A stretch of 63,718 nucleotides of DNA, filler included, from Folioceros fuciformis (lineage: Eukaryota): the NCBI GenBank assembly GCA_049999805.1. It is 29 parts of 29 records of this genome, joined end to end, with 100 filler letters (N's around TTAATTAATTAA, not from the genome) between each part and the next. Parts side by side here need not be neighbours in the genome. Positions count along the whole stretch, not along the records: positions 22,153 to 24,268 come from JBNGIO010000408.1; positions 24,369 to 27,026 come from JBNGIO010000409.1; positions 27,127 to 28,282 come from JBNGIO010000410.1; positions 28,383 to 30,431 come from JBNGIO010000411.1; positions 30,532 to 32,227 come from JBNGIO010000412.1; positions 32,328 to 34,005 come from JBNGIO010000413.1; positions 34,106 to 35,333 come from JBNGIO010000414.1; positions 35,434 to 38,826 come from JBNGIO010000415.1; 21 more parts are not named here. The stretch is one strand, 5' to 3'. Position 1 is the first letter of the stretch; each line of letters starts with the position of its first letter. The position numbers were made by a program, and so were the translations under genes. Below, one piece after another: positions 23,048 to 35,490 of the stretch. The notes beneath the pieces were generated by a model. It was not told the origin of the DNA, did not search any database, and saw only the letters and a list, made by a program, of their open reading frames with translations.

Positions 23048-24000
23048 CCGACAAATGCTTGCATGCATGTTGCGAAACCTTTAACTTGGCACAATATACA
23101 GTAACCATCGTCTTGATGGACACTTCATTTTGTGCCAAATAGAGGAGTCGCCACCTACGAGCAAACATTCGGATTAACAATTCTACAATTTTTTCATAGG
23201 AATTTAGTTTTCTAACCCAAAAGGCCTACTCAGTGTGAAGAGGCGCTACTAGCGTAGTCCCATGGATCTTCTCCAATCACTGGACACAATAAGAAACATA
23301 GGAGATCAGAAAAATTGCCTTTAATTAGCAGTCAATTTCTTGCATCTTTTTTATGCCTATTTCAATGGAATAATTCGCAGAGGAAATGACAAACAACCCT
23401 AAGTTTTGTAGGTGTCACTTACCCCATACATCCACACAGACCTTTTGTTTCTATAGAAACACCTATAGCAGTTGAATTTGTCATTATCCTTCAGCAGTTG
23501 TTCATAAAAGTCATCCACATTGGGATAGAATAGACACTTCCAGATCTCATAATCCCCTCATACCTGTACAAAACAAACTCCAGGCATTAGCAAAAGAACC
23601 TTACGCATACCAACGTAAGACAAAATTCGATAATATCATGCTACACAAGCAAATAGGGAAGTTAGAATACAAGATCAAGCAACTAGAAAGCCAATTCCAT
23701 CAATTTCAAATTTCAATAGTTACAAGATCCAAAGTAGACACACCCATTTACTCTCCACAAAATCTTGTAGTGCCTTACATGCCAAATACATCCAAATTGG
23801 CTTATACACCTCTTGCTGAACCGTGAGGTGGCCAGATTTCGATTAGATTAGGAGTCGGGTCACTCCAGTTGTAAGCGACCGAGGTCTACAAATTGTGGAC
23901 AGCCGATTCGGAACAAAGCGTGAGGGTAACTATCAAAATCTACATTACATTCCGACAGTTTCTAACAAGCCTTTTGTTTGATTTGCATCGATTTTGAATC

Positions 24001-24268
24001 ATGACGTCCTCAGAAAACGTCATGTTCAATATTGAGAAGTTAGATGGTACTAACTTCTCGTTCTGGAAAGAACAAGTGTATAATGTTTTAGTGCAGAAGA
24101 AGCAAATCAAGCCCATAAAGTTGCTAGGAGTGAAACCTGTTAGCATGACTTAGGATGAGTGGCAGGATCTAGATGAGTTTGCTAGATCTACCATCATGCT
24201 AACATTGTCGAACTCGGTCTCCTTCAATGTGAAAGACAAGACCACAAGTTACGAGCTATGGCAAAAGT
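24001..24268 (+). mobile_element. Ty1/Copia gag N-terminus with an internal stop
   Basis: MTSSENVMFNIEKLDGTNFSFWKEQV...MT*DEWQDLDEFARSTIMLTLS...ELWQK. Confidence 0.9.
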
Positions 24269-24368
24269 NNNNNNNNNNNNNNNNNNNNNNNNNNNNNNNN
24301 NNNNNNNNNNNNTTAATTAATTAANNNNNNNNNNNNNNNNNNNNNNNNNNNNNNNNNNNNNNNNNNNN

Positions 24369-24438
24369 ACCAAACCATACCACTATTAACCCTTTTTCAA
24401 CCAAAACAAACTACTACCCCAAACTTTGGAGGTTCACA
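24369..24438 (-). mobile_element. Family A terminus
   Basis: ...AAACTTTGGAGGTTCACA. Confidence 0.85.
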
Positions 24439-25099
24439 TCCTGGCAGGAGGGGAGCTGCGAGTGCCCTTTCTGTTCCCGATTGCAAAGGTTCTTGTGATG
24501 TCTAGTTGGGAGTCTTAAACGTAGGGAAACACAGAGTTGGATCGTGTAGAAGGTGTTGTGAGGAGACTTGTGGGGAAAGGTGCTGGGTGTAGGTAGTTGG
24601 AAGTTGGTAGGGGGAGGTACTGGGGCCCTTCCAAGTGAAGGAATGGTGCCTTCCTACTAACTAGACGTGTTCAAGGTACGCGGGAAAGGTTGAAGGTCGT
24701 AGGTGAACGATAAACAGAGTTGGAGGGAGCGGACTAGGCTCGGAGGAAAACTTGTTGGTTGTTGGGCATAGGGAGACAAGTAGCTAGATTGTGGGTAGAG
24801 GAAGGTGTCGTAGGGAGCCTTGTGAGGAAAAGGAATTGAGTGTAGGGAGGTAGAAATCGGTAGGGGAGGTGCTCGGGCCCTTCCAAGTGAAGGAATGGTG
24901 CCTACCTATTGATGGGACGTGTGGCCAAATTGGTAGGTACGTGGTTGGGAGAGTTGACTAGTGTAGGGGAGCGATAGATGTAGCTGACCAGGCTTAGAGG
25001 GGAGCGATTCCGGGGAAACCTACAACGACCGTGGGATTGATGTGGTCACGATACATGTGAGCGGGTGCCTGGTAGGGATACCATACCCGCTTGCTCACA
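24439..25099 (+). mobile_element. Putative LTR family G terminus (...CCCGCTTGCTCACA) with an imperfect internal duplication of about 250-bp period
   Basis: Carries the CAACGAC-GTGGGAT-TGTGG module seen in families C, D and E; GGGCCCTTCCAAGTGAAGGAATGGTGCC occurs twice; single copy in the window. Confidence 0.6.
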
Positions 25100-26300
25100 C
25101 CTTCCTACCAAGAGGTATCTGATTTTTTAGGCATGAGGGAATTCCTAGCTGATCTCTCATGACAGCAGCAATGGCTATTCCTTTATTTCACAAGGCTGGT
25201 AGTTAAGCACAAGGGCAAGCTGTATCATATAGAAGCTGATGGAGTGGAGCGTTTGTGGGTCAACCATGACCAGGTGGAGCAAGTTATCAGCTCCTTGCAT
25301 GAGGCCGAGGCTGGAGGCCATTATGCAGCCCATGTAACCTGCAGAAAAATTCTGGCAGTAGGGTATTGGTGGCCAACAATGCATGCTGATGCTGGGGAGT
25401 TCATTAAGAGGTGTGATGCGTGTCAAAGGGTGGGGAGGCCTACTAGGTCAACACAATGGCCATTGGTCCCCATCCTAGCCCTAGCACCATTTGAGAAGTG
25501 GGGAATTGATTTCGTAGGACCAATTCAGCCAAAGTCCAAGGGGAGGCAGAACCGATACATCTTGGTAGCAACCGACTACTGCACACGCATGGTGGAGGCT
25601 CAAGCTTTGCTCATGGACATAGCGAATGTGGTGGCTAGATTTTTGTTTGAGCAAATCATCATAAGGTATGGATGTCCGTTAGAGCTGGTAAGTGATAGGG
25701 GCACTCACTTCATCAATGAAGTGGTCAAGCACATGACTAAATATTTCAATATTAGTCATAGGAAGACCACTCCCTACAACCCCAAGGCCAATGGGCTCAC
25801 GGAGAAGGCTAATGGGTTGTTATGCAAGATTCTTAGCAAGCTAACCGTCACATATGCTCATGACTGGGATAGGAAGCTTCATTCAGCCTTGTGGGCATAC
25901 AGGACTGCGGAGAAGGTCACCACCCAACAGACCCCTTATTATCTTACCTATGGACACTCACCTGTCATGCCAATTGAATTTGAGGTACCTACCTTGAGAA
26001 TGCAGGAGAGCAACCGATTGCCAGTGGAGGAGAGCCAGCTGGAGAGGCTGACCAATGGAGAGGAGGACGAAATGGCATGACCAGAAGTTGCGTAAATAGG
26101 AGTATGTCGTCCTTGGAGATTTGGCCTTGTTATACGACAATAGGTACATGCACTTTCCAGGGAAGCTGCACTTGAGGTGGATGGGGCCTTACAGGGTGCT
26201 GGAGGTGTATGAGAATGGATCCATCCAATTGCAGCACCTCAATAGGCCTAACTCGCCAACCAGAGTCAATGGCTGGCGTGTGAAGAAATATTATCAGTAA
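25100..26300 (+). mobile_element. Ty3/Gypsy (non-chromovirus-like) integrase
   Basis: H-GGH..C-x2-C zinc motif, WGIDFVGP, LVSDRGTHF, YNPKANGLTEKAN, and the GPY module KLHLRWMGPYRV. Confidence 0.93.
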
Positions 26301-26322
26301 GTTGGCGGGGACACCAACAAAT

Positions 26323-26520
26323 GAGAAGGGGAGTATGTGGAGTCCACATGACGAATGGACCCCCTACAAGAATGGTAGTGGTTGTTTTTTTTGAGTTTTG
26401 ATTGAATTCCTTGGAAGGGTAGTTAGGAAACTAGGTTAGATAGGCTGATCATAAGATAGTGGTGGTGGAGTTCAAAAAGTGAAGGGTCGTTTAGCTAACC
26501 CGTTATGAACCCTTCCTACG
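26323..26520 (+). mobile_element. PPT (GAGAAGGGGAG) and start of the 3' LTR of family B at 26336 (TGTGGAGTCCACA)
   Basis: Polypurine tract directly after the integrase stop, followed by a TG terminus shared with 16021 and 43076. Confidence 0.85.
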
Positions 26521-26579
26521 ACCCACAGGTTCGCTAGTATGTCAGCATGTAGGATCAAAAGCCGCAGACAAAAATTCCT

Positions 26580-27026
26580 TAGTTTGGGTTAGTAGTTTGT
26601 TTTGGTTGAAAAAGGGTTAATAGTGGTATAGTTTGGTTTTCTTTTTCTACTTCTTTTTCCTAATTTCTTTATTTTCTGGTCATTTTTCCTATTTTTCTTT
26701 GTGCTAATTAGGTTAATTGACTAGGAAATAGTTGGTTTGGTTATTAAAGTGGGTACAGGTCTGGGCCCAGACTTGGGAAAGTTTAGGTCCGGTACCGGGC
26801 CATAGGGTTGGGAAAGTTTGAGTCTAGGTCTAGTGATTAGTTTAATATTAATTAAAGATATATAATATTAAATAATAAATTATAATAAAATAATGGTCTG
26901 AACATAGGAACGGGAATATGTGGGGTATGTCAATGTCAGGGGTCAGGGTCTGACGTCAGGCTAGCTTATTGCCTGGCTGGCCTGAACGGTCATGGAGGTT
27001 GTGCCCTAGCTAGGGCTAGAGGCAGG
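26580..27026 (+). mobile_element. Diverged family A LTR sequence
   Basis: Aligns to the reverse complement of about 57790-58235. Confidence 0.82.
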
Positions 27027-27126
27027 NNNNNNNNNNNNNNNNNNNNNNNNNNNNNNNNNNNNNNNNNNNNTTAATTAATTAANNNNNNNNNNNNNNNNNN
27101 NNNNNNNNNNNNNNNNNNNNNNNNNN

Positions 27127-27221
27127 GGGAACGAAACCCAATGTCTCAACGACAGTGGGATAAGTGTGGCCACTAAAGGTGGGACCCATCGGCAATCAGT
27201 GCCCTGGGTTTTGCCTCCACA
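27127..27221 (+). mobile_element. Family C terminus nested in a family D terminus
   Basis: ...TTTTGCCTCCACA at 27221. Confidence 0.85.
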
Positions 27222-27364
27222 CCTGGGGTAGTAGTTGACTTTGTGAGACAACCTGCGGTTATTCAACACAAATCATTCCCTTGGGATCGAATCCCAATGC
27301 TATAACGACAAAGAAGGTTTGTGTGGACCTCGCAGCACCCCCGGGTGCAATATTTTCCCCCACA
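27222..27364 (+). mobile_element. Family D terminus inserted in D-like internal sequence (27365-27435)
   Basis: ATCATTCCCTTGGGATCGAATCCC..AACGAC..GTGTGGACCTCGC..CCCCACA; the flank matches the reverse complement of about 36690-36745. Confidence 0.78.
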
Positions 27365-27435
27365 ACGGGTGGTGAGGGGAACGAATCAGCAAACTCTTTG
27401 CTGAGTGGAAGGTCACCTTCCTTTATTCCCTGAAT

Positions 27436-27626
27436 TGTTCTATTGACTAGTTAATTTACATTGCCATGCTTAGAGCTAACATCTTAGGTAGTTAGGTTAG
27501 ATTGGCGGTTATAACTGCCAGTCCTATTTTGAGACTTGTGTAAGGACTAGACACTACTTTTTCTATTCTATTCTTCTTTGATGTACTCGTAGAACACATT
27601 TTAATATGTAAACATGGTATCAGAGC
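27436..27626 (+). mobile_element. Short 179-bp LTR (TGTT...AACA, 27436-27614) with tRNA-iMet PBS (27615-27626)
   Basis: 4-bp terminal inverted repeat; TGGTATCAGAGC immediately after the CA. Confidence 0.75.
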
Positions 27627-28382
27627 CATCTCTGTGTCTTTCTGCTTGCATTTTTAATTCAGAGCTTCAAACAATTGAAGTTCTTGAAAAATGGATTATA
27701 TCCATTGTTACAAAATGCAGAATAGACACGGTCTTATGTAGTAGTGGCATGATGCCGAGAAAAGGCATTTGTAGGCAGAATTGGCCATCTGCCCGTAGAC
27801 AGGGAAAGGTGTAGCAGGTTCCTATTTCTGAATTACAGGATTTTGGGGCACAATTTGAGAGATTGTATTTCAAAAACGTCCTTTCTTCGGTTGAGCAACA
27901 TGAGAGAACTAGGTGCTTGAAGACTTTTCTTGAATCTTACGGCACCAATCAGACGGAGGTGCTCCCATCTACTAATTCATGCCTGCAAATTCGGACAAAA
28001 TCACCGAATTATACATTGCAATCAATTGGAATCTGCAGATGCTGCAAACCCTATCCGCTGCAAGATGAGCACAAACAGTCTAACCTGAATCAACGTGACG
28101 CTCTCCTCAGTTCTTTGCTGAATGTGAAGTCTGCAGTGCTGGAGACCTCTAGATGTGTAGATATCCTGGCTACTCGCTTGGATCGCATGGAGAAACAGCG
28201 AGCGTCAGATCATATTTTAGCAGCTGGTTTGAAATTGGAAGTCAAGAAACATGCTTCGGAGATCATTAGCCTTAGAGAGCAANNNNNNNNNNNNNNNNNN
28301 NNNNNNNNNNNNNNNNNNNNNNNNNNTTAATTAATTAANNNNNNNNNNNNNNNNNNNNNNNNNNNNNNNNNNNNNNNNNNNN

Positions 28383-28549
28383 ACTATTTCCTAGTCAATT
28401 AACCCAATTAGCACAAAGAAAAATAGGAAAAATGACCAGAAAATCAAGGAAAATTAGGGAAAATAAGTTGAAAAATAAAACCAAACCATACCACTATTAA
28501 CCCTTTTTCAACCAAAACAAACTACTACCCCAAACTTTGGAGGTTCACA
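28383..28549 (-). mobile_element. Family A terminus inserted into a family F LTR
   Basis: Ends GGTTCACA and is followed by F sequence. Confidence 0.85.
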
Positions 28550-28584
28550 TTAGGCTAGGCACATTGGGCTTTAATAACCCTACA
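28550..28584 (-). mobile_element. Family F LTR 5' end inserted into a Copia RT
   Basis: Reverse complement of TGTAGGGTTATTAAAGCCCAATGTGCCTAG. Confidence 0.85.
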
Positions 28585-30406
28585 ATTGAGACACTGAACT
28601 GACAGCAAATGCCACATCTGGCCTAGTATGGTTTGAGCAGAAAATCAGAGAGCCTACTGCCTGAGGGTAGGGTACTTGAGACATCTCCTCACGTTCACTA
28701 TCTGACTGAGGGGATTGCGACTTACTTAGCTTGCAACCTGCTTCTAAAGGGGTAAGTGCTGGCTTCGCTTCTGTAAGCTTATACTTAAACAACACGTCAT
28801 AGATGTATTTTTCCTGATGAATGGCTAATGTTCCTGACTCACTGTCTCGCAGAAGTTGGGTGCCAAGGCAATAAGAGAGTTCACCTATGTCCACCATGTC
28901 AAAACAACCAAATAAGAGAGCTTTTACCTTTTTAATCCCTACTAGGTCAGTGCCCATAAGAATGCATTTGTCTACATACAGTGCCAAAATAACATAACCT
29001 ATTTCATGTGTCAGGAGATATACGTTGGTGTCGGTTGAGCTCTTTTGGAAACCAAGCTCAAGCAGGAACTCATTTATGCAAAAGTACCAAGCTCGTGGAC
29101 TCTGTTTTAGTCCGTAAATTGTCTTGAGTAGTTTGCAAACCCAACCCTCCTTCCCTTTCAATTCGTACCCTTCTGGCTGCTGCATAAAGATTTCCTCTTC
29201 CAACTGACCATGAAGGAAGGCAGTCTTTACATCCATTTGGTGGATATACAGCTTAAAATGTGCAGATAGGGCAAAGAGGACTCGAAGTGACTGAGCCTTG
29301 ACTACCAGGGAGAAAGTGTCATGATAATCTAATCCAGCTACTTGGGAAAGCCCCGAGCCACAAGACGTGCTTTGTACCGGGAAATACTGCCATCAGCCTT
29401 ATATTTCAGCTTGAAGACCCACTTCGAGGTGACGATCTTCCTCCCTTGAGGTGGAGGGCAAACTTCCTAGGTATGATTTTGAAGAAGAGAGTCGTTCTCA
29501 GACTGAATAGAAGCCTCCCATTGCTTAGCTGCCGGACCACTAAGCGCTTCCTTGTATGTCTGTGGCTCATGACCAGGGTGAACAGAAAGATGGATAGCAG
29601 GATGCCTAAAGTCCTCACTACTGTAGGACGGTTCAACCCACTGAGATGGAGGCCGATGAACTCTGGCTGATCTTCGCAGAGGGGGAAATAGCACATGGTC
29701 TGGTTCAGGCTCAGGTAAGACAAAAACGTCACGATCAGGAGCATTGTCAGTATCTGAATCAGATGTTGTTGGGGGGTCATCCTGAGCGGGATCAACTAAC
29801 CCTAAAGCTGATAGGGGAGAAGGTGGAGTATTAGCAGGCACAGCAGGTGCTACGGGAGGTATAGGTTGAGGGACTGGAGGTAAATCTAACTTAGCAGGAA
29901 AAAGAGGCATCAAAATTTGGAAAGTGAGACTCCTCCAGCTGCTCAAGCTCAGCATCTTCAACATCAGCGGGTTCAGGCAGCTCAGTGAAGTTAGGAGAGC
30001 TACCTGAAGGAGACTGAAGAACAACCCTCTCATCAAAGACAACTGTCCTGGCATGAGAAACCTTGTGAGAGGTAGGGTCAAATAATTTTTACCCATGTAT
30101 ACCAACAGTATAGTTGATGAAGATATGTTGTCTTGACTTATAAGAAAACTTCTGACGAAGCTTATATGGAATGTGTGCATATGCTCTACTCCTAAACACT
30201 CGAAGGTGTGCCAAATCTGGTCGAACTCCTATCCAAGCTTCAAATGGTGTCTGGCCATGCAGAGAGGAAACAGCCGTTCGGTTCTGCAAGTAGGTGGCAA
30301 CCTGCACAGCTTCTACCCAGAAGCGAACTGGCAATCTCCCCTGAAATAAAAGTGTCTGAGCTGAATCCTGAATGGTATGATGATGTCGCTCGGCTCTTCC
30401 ATTCAT
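28585..30406 (-). mobile_element. Ty1/Copia integrase-RT fragment (frameshifted)
   Basis: NGRAER..FWVEAV..YLQNR, EPQTYKEAL, SKWVFK, MDVKTAFLHG, YGLKQSPRAW, ALYVD. Confidence 0.95.
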
Positions 30407-32327
30407 TTCAGAATGATAGGGGATCGTTAGTNNNNNNNNNNNNNNNNNNNNNNNNNNNNNNNNNNNNNNNNNNNNTTAATTAATTAANNNNNNNNNNNNN
30501 NNNNNNNNNNNNNNNNNNNNNNNNNNNNNNNTGCCTCAACGCCACATATATACATCGATTGTTACGCGCAACGAGACACCTGTACTGATACCTTTCAAGG
30601 GAGCAAACATGCGACACTTGCTCGCTATTCACGAAATGCCGTCCTCCTCTGGCAATTGTGCGGGATCTTCACTCGGATTCTGCGCGTTAGCGAGGTTTAC
30701 GAGGCAGCTTGGTTCACGAGTGTCACGGTGAAACCTGGAGACATTTTCAGTCTCTTTAGATGCCCACTTCCTCGAATCTTCGCCCACCAGTCCCTTGTTT
30801 CAACCACCGTGTCGCCTTTGCAGATGTGGGCGAGTTGTGGCAGTGGCATTGTATGGTCGCAGGATATGCTCCACAGTTGTGGAAACCCCGCCTCTTTCAG
30901 GATATCTTTAAAATATCTTCTTGCGGCCAGCTCTAGTCGCATTTGTTTGTTAGCAACTAAGTTTTGCAAGTGAGGATAAGGCAGAAAGGGGCTTGGAGCT
31001 TAGCATGAGAAGCGTGTGTCTGATGATGGTCAGGGTGTGAACGAAGTTGGAGAGGTGCAGGATCTGTGAACGCTGTTGGAGAAAGCGAGGTGCATCTTTT
31101 ACACAATTTGTTGTTGGAACTTGGGCCAGCAGCTGAGCACCTGGAGGTGGACACTAAAGGCAATGCTTGATAACAAACGATACAGAGAGGAACCAGAATG
31201 GGTGGCCAGGGGTTCTGTTCTGATAGTGGCTTTCACACTGAATCTGAAACTGTGATCACGCATCTCGATCACAACTCAGGCTTGGTCCTGTGGCAGGTCC
31301 TCTATGCTACAGGACCTTTTGTGGTGACACAAAGAAATGGGTCGGTCATCCGTTTGGCCACAGCAAGCACCAGCGTATTTCAGGTTGTCTGGTCGTTTCA
31401 GGTGCAACTTGGGGCAGTTTAAACAGCGAGGTTTTGTCAAGAATCTAGCCCTGTTGTATGCACCAGCTCTTCATCTCCGCCTAGCAGATGTATTCACTGT
31501 TCGTTAGACTCATCCAGACCATTGTCATAACTGGCAGGATTCAACCTGTTGCAACAACGAACTCGGACTGCTATTCTGATGAAGGTAAACTGCAGTTAGA
31601 GATTGAAGCAGTCTCTGAAGAATTAATCCAAAGAGCTACAAGTAAGATCTGAACAAGAGCAGAATCAGCCACGTCTCCTTCATCAGCCTTCTGTGGTAGC
31701 AATTTAAAAAACCCTCTCCTCGGCTTCACGGTATGGATGAGGGAAGCAAGGAAGGCCTAACTAAGGTGGCACCAGCTTCCTGGGTTTCAGCTTCCTGGGG
31801 GGGTGGGAGTCCAATGGGCCACACTGCTCAGATTGGTTGATCTGAAATTCCTGGCTAAAGTAAAGCTTGCATTGCCTTCTCCTTCCCTAATAGCAGCCAT
31901 GCCCACGCTTGAAACCCCTGAAAGTGCTGATATAAGTTGATGAGGTACATGACCTGGAGTGCTAGAGTGCTGCAGCGCTGGGCTTCTTGTTATTCATGTC
32001 CGCAAGTTCTTGGCCGCCTGATTTTGTGTGGGTTGTGCTATCAGCGCGGGAGAACTCCGCAGCGCTAGGGCGTGATCCAGAGTAGACATGGACGATGAGT
32101 GCAAGCAGCATGGGAGGACAGCCGAGCACTTCATGCAGGTATGAAAAGATGGGCCGCGCACCTTTTAGCGTGTGTGACACAGTGATGAGCGTTACATCAT
32201 CAGCAAAGGCAGAGGACGCAGATGCAGNNNNNNNNNNNNNNNNNNNNNNNNNNNNNNNNNNNNNNNNNNNNTTAATTAATTAANNNNNNNNNNNNNNNNN
32301 NNNNNNNNNNNNNNNNNNNNNNNNNNN

Positions 32328-33250
32328 GTCTCTGCTTACTGTTTTACCCTTGCTGGAGCTGCAATTTCTTGGCAGTTGAAGAAGCAGACCTTCGTCAGCA
32401 CCTCCACAACGGAAGCAGAATACGGAGTAGCTGCAGAGAGCTGCAAGGAGGCTGTGGCCAATCGAAGACTTCTGGCAGATATATCGCAAGAGCAAGCTGA
32501 CCCCACGCCAGTGTTCTGTGACAACCAGCCGGCACTCCTGCTAGCCAGTAATCCTGTTTACCACGCACGTACAAAGCACATAGATTTGCAATTACATTAT
32601 GTTAGACAGTCCGTCACACATAGAGAGGTTGCACTCAACTACGTTGCAACCGATGCAAATTATGCCGATTTCCTCACAAAACCCTTAAGTCGAGAGAGGC
32701 ATGGATCATATGTTCAGGGTTTAGGTATGATTGACACTACACCATTTCTATCACATGCTCTAAAGCCCAGCTAGGTCAGTCCGTGTCATATTCAAATTTT
32801 GACGAATCCATATAGGAGGTAGGTCTAGAGTAGGGTTTCCACTGCGAGCATTCACACCTAGAGTTGCTATCAGATGTCATGTAGATGCACTCCTGCTAGC
32901 CACATTATGACTCAATCCGCAAAAAAACAAGACAGCAACATCGCGAGCAGGACTGTCATGGGCAGTAAGCAAATGCTGACGCGAGATTAGATTAGGAACG
33001 TGCACCTAAGAGGGAGTGTCGAGGACCTAGGTTTAGCAGCCCCCTTAAGTATTAATATAGTCGCAAGTTTAACCTAATCTAACCGCCATCACCCAACCGA
33101 CATTGGGCATGTCGGTTGAGTCAAGGGACATGTCCCGTCACCTTGACGTGCCTGCCAAACCTTGTACACCGCTCGTGTGAGCGTAATTCAATTTGTCTAT
33201 TCTGCTAGCATGCGCGCTCTCTAGATTTCTCTATTCCCTATGCGCCATAC
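32328..33250 (+). mobile_element. Ty1/Copia RNase H end (to 32774), PPT at about 33008-33016 and start of the 3' LTR at about 33017
   Basis: KKQTFVSTSTTEAEY, CDNQ, HARTKHID, ADFLTKPL; a purine tract followed by TG. LTR end not determined. Confidence 0.85.
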
Positions 33251-33263
33251 TGCGTTAAAAATT

Positions 33264-33595
33264 TCTCAACCACTCCTAAGAGTGTCTCGCACTCACTGCC
33301 TCACCCAGAGCTCTCTAGTCCCGCCATGGATAGCGTAAGGGATCTCAACCGGGAGGAGTCTGAAACATTTGCTGATCGGAACATAGCTGGCCGATCAAGG
33401 AATAAGGGAAGGAGGTGCTCCTTCCACTCTACACAACTTGCAGATTTGTCTCCCTCACTTTCAGCTGTGGAGCAAAGGTTCTCAATCTCCCCTAGGAGCG
33501 TCTCGCACTCACTGCCTCATCCAGACCTCTCTAGTCTCGCCATGGACAATGTAGGGGATCTCAACCGAGAGCAGTCTGAAACATTTGCTAATCAG
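33264..33595. repeat. Imperfect direct repeat of about 115 bp with about 215-bp period
   Basis: TCTCGCACTCACTGCCTCA...GTCTGAAACATTTGCT occurs twice. Confidence 0.85.
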
Positions 33596-34546
33596 AGAGG
33601 CACCAACAGGCCCCTTTTGTACAGAGTTTCCAAGAGCAAGAGCCACAGCCCGTAAGTCTAGCTCTAAAATAGTCAACTTTAAAAAAGTGCTCTTAATGGC
33701 AAGCGGCATCAAGTCAGAATAGCATCTTACCAAATCTTATGTAAATACTATTCTAGGATGCAGCCACTCCTAGCTTACCTTAGCGCCACTCTCTCTCCTC
33801 CTATTTATTCTCCTGGCCCACCTTCCCCTGCCACACAAAATCTCCAGGCTCTTCTTCCATGCTGCTGATTGGGCAAATCCTTCCAAAAATATCCACCTCA
33901 CTCTTGCTGTTGGCTGACTCATCCTAGTTGTCCACTCTCTCTCCTCCCAGGATGCTGATTGCCTCCTGTCACTCTGGCTGCAATTATTGCTATTCCAGGC
34001 CTCCTNNNNNNNNNNNNNNNNNNNNNNNNNNNNNNNNNNNNNNNNNNNNTTAATTAATTAANNNNNNNNNNNNNNNNNNNNNNNNNNNNNNNNNNNNNNN
34101 NNNNNATGGAGGGCGGAAAGTACAGGGCGCTGGAGACCAACAGGATATGTGCAGCAGCTGGGGACTGTGGAGGCGGAGGGGATTGAAGTGCGTCCTGTAC
34201 AGCATCCACGGACGACCCCGTCCGTCATGTTTCGCTTTCAAAACCAGGTCCAAGGGGTTCACACATAACTTCAACTATTTATATGCATGGATTACATTAT
34301 TTGTTAATGGAATTATTTGATCATATTTTCATTTTAACTATATATGTGGAAGTTGTATGGAATACCGATTCAAACAGGGCTACACATGATGTTTTTTTAG
34401 GAATATGTATTTTCTACGGGAATATACGGTAGCATCTCGGAAATATTCTTGTACTCAACCTAGCAATGCCATTCGTACTCAACCTAGCTATGTCATTGAA
34501 CCTGCTTCTACACCGTATATGAATTTTTTTCTCTAATTGTAATCGG

Positions 34547-34662
34547 TATGTAGACCAAATAGACACATTCTTTATTTTGGTTCATATACAGAGTGTTTTA
34601 AAAATCACTATGTAGACCAAAATGGACACATTCTTTATTTTGGTTCATACACACAGTGTTTT
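34547..34662. repeat. Tandem duplication of about 55-62 bp
   Basis: TATGTAGACCAAA..GACACATTCTTTATTTTGGTTCATA occurs twice. Confidence 0.85.
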
Positions 34663-35490
34663 AAGATTCGTCCCGATTGACAAAATGAGGGCGCAAGCTC
34701 TCCAAAACGAGGGTGCGAGCCTCCGCACCCTCGTTGGCGGGATGCTGGACCTAGAACTTCGATCCACATCACCAACCCGCTGGCCGTCCTGCCCTACACC
34801 ATTGCCTGGGGTCTCCCGGGGACATCCTCCGCCAGCTGCAGTGTGTCTCACAATACTCGCCTCCACCACATCCAGCTCCATCTGCAAAACACCGCATTCT
34901 TCCCCTCCACAGCTAGGTCTGCCGAGCTTCCTAATCAATTGTTGCTTGCGAATCATATCAAGGTACCTCCACCACTGGAAGTGACCATTTTCACACATAC
35001 GTGGCCTTCCGCAGTCTATCTCCGACAACCCAATTCCAAGTCCCTGCTGAGATCTTCGCCATCACTTCTGGGCTTGGGTGCTGTACAGGTGCGCCGCCAT
35101 TCCCCTCATAGAGTACAATGGTGAGGTTGTTGGCGTGGTCAGCATCGCCCACAGCCTTGTCATCACCTGCAGCAGCCCTGACGGCCATCAGGTTGCCCCC
35201 TGCCCCTCCCACTGCAGACTTTGCCATCCTCTGCTTCAGGCCGTCGCGGTCCCCTTTGCACCGCCGCTGCCACCTTCTCCCTTGTCTTGCACCAAACAGG
35301 CCTGCTCCCTTGCTCACTTGGCATGCACCAAACNNNNNNNNNNNNNNNNNNNNNNNNNNNNNNNNNNNNNNNNNNNNTTAATTAATTAANNNNNNNNNNN
35401 NNNNNNNNNNNNNNNNNNNNNNNNNNNNNNNNNGGCTGTAGGGGAGAGACCTAGCATTGGGGTGGGAAGCAATTGGGATTTGGGAGCATG

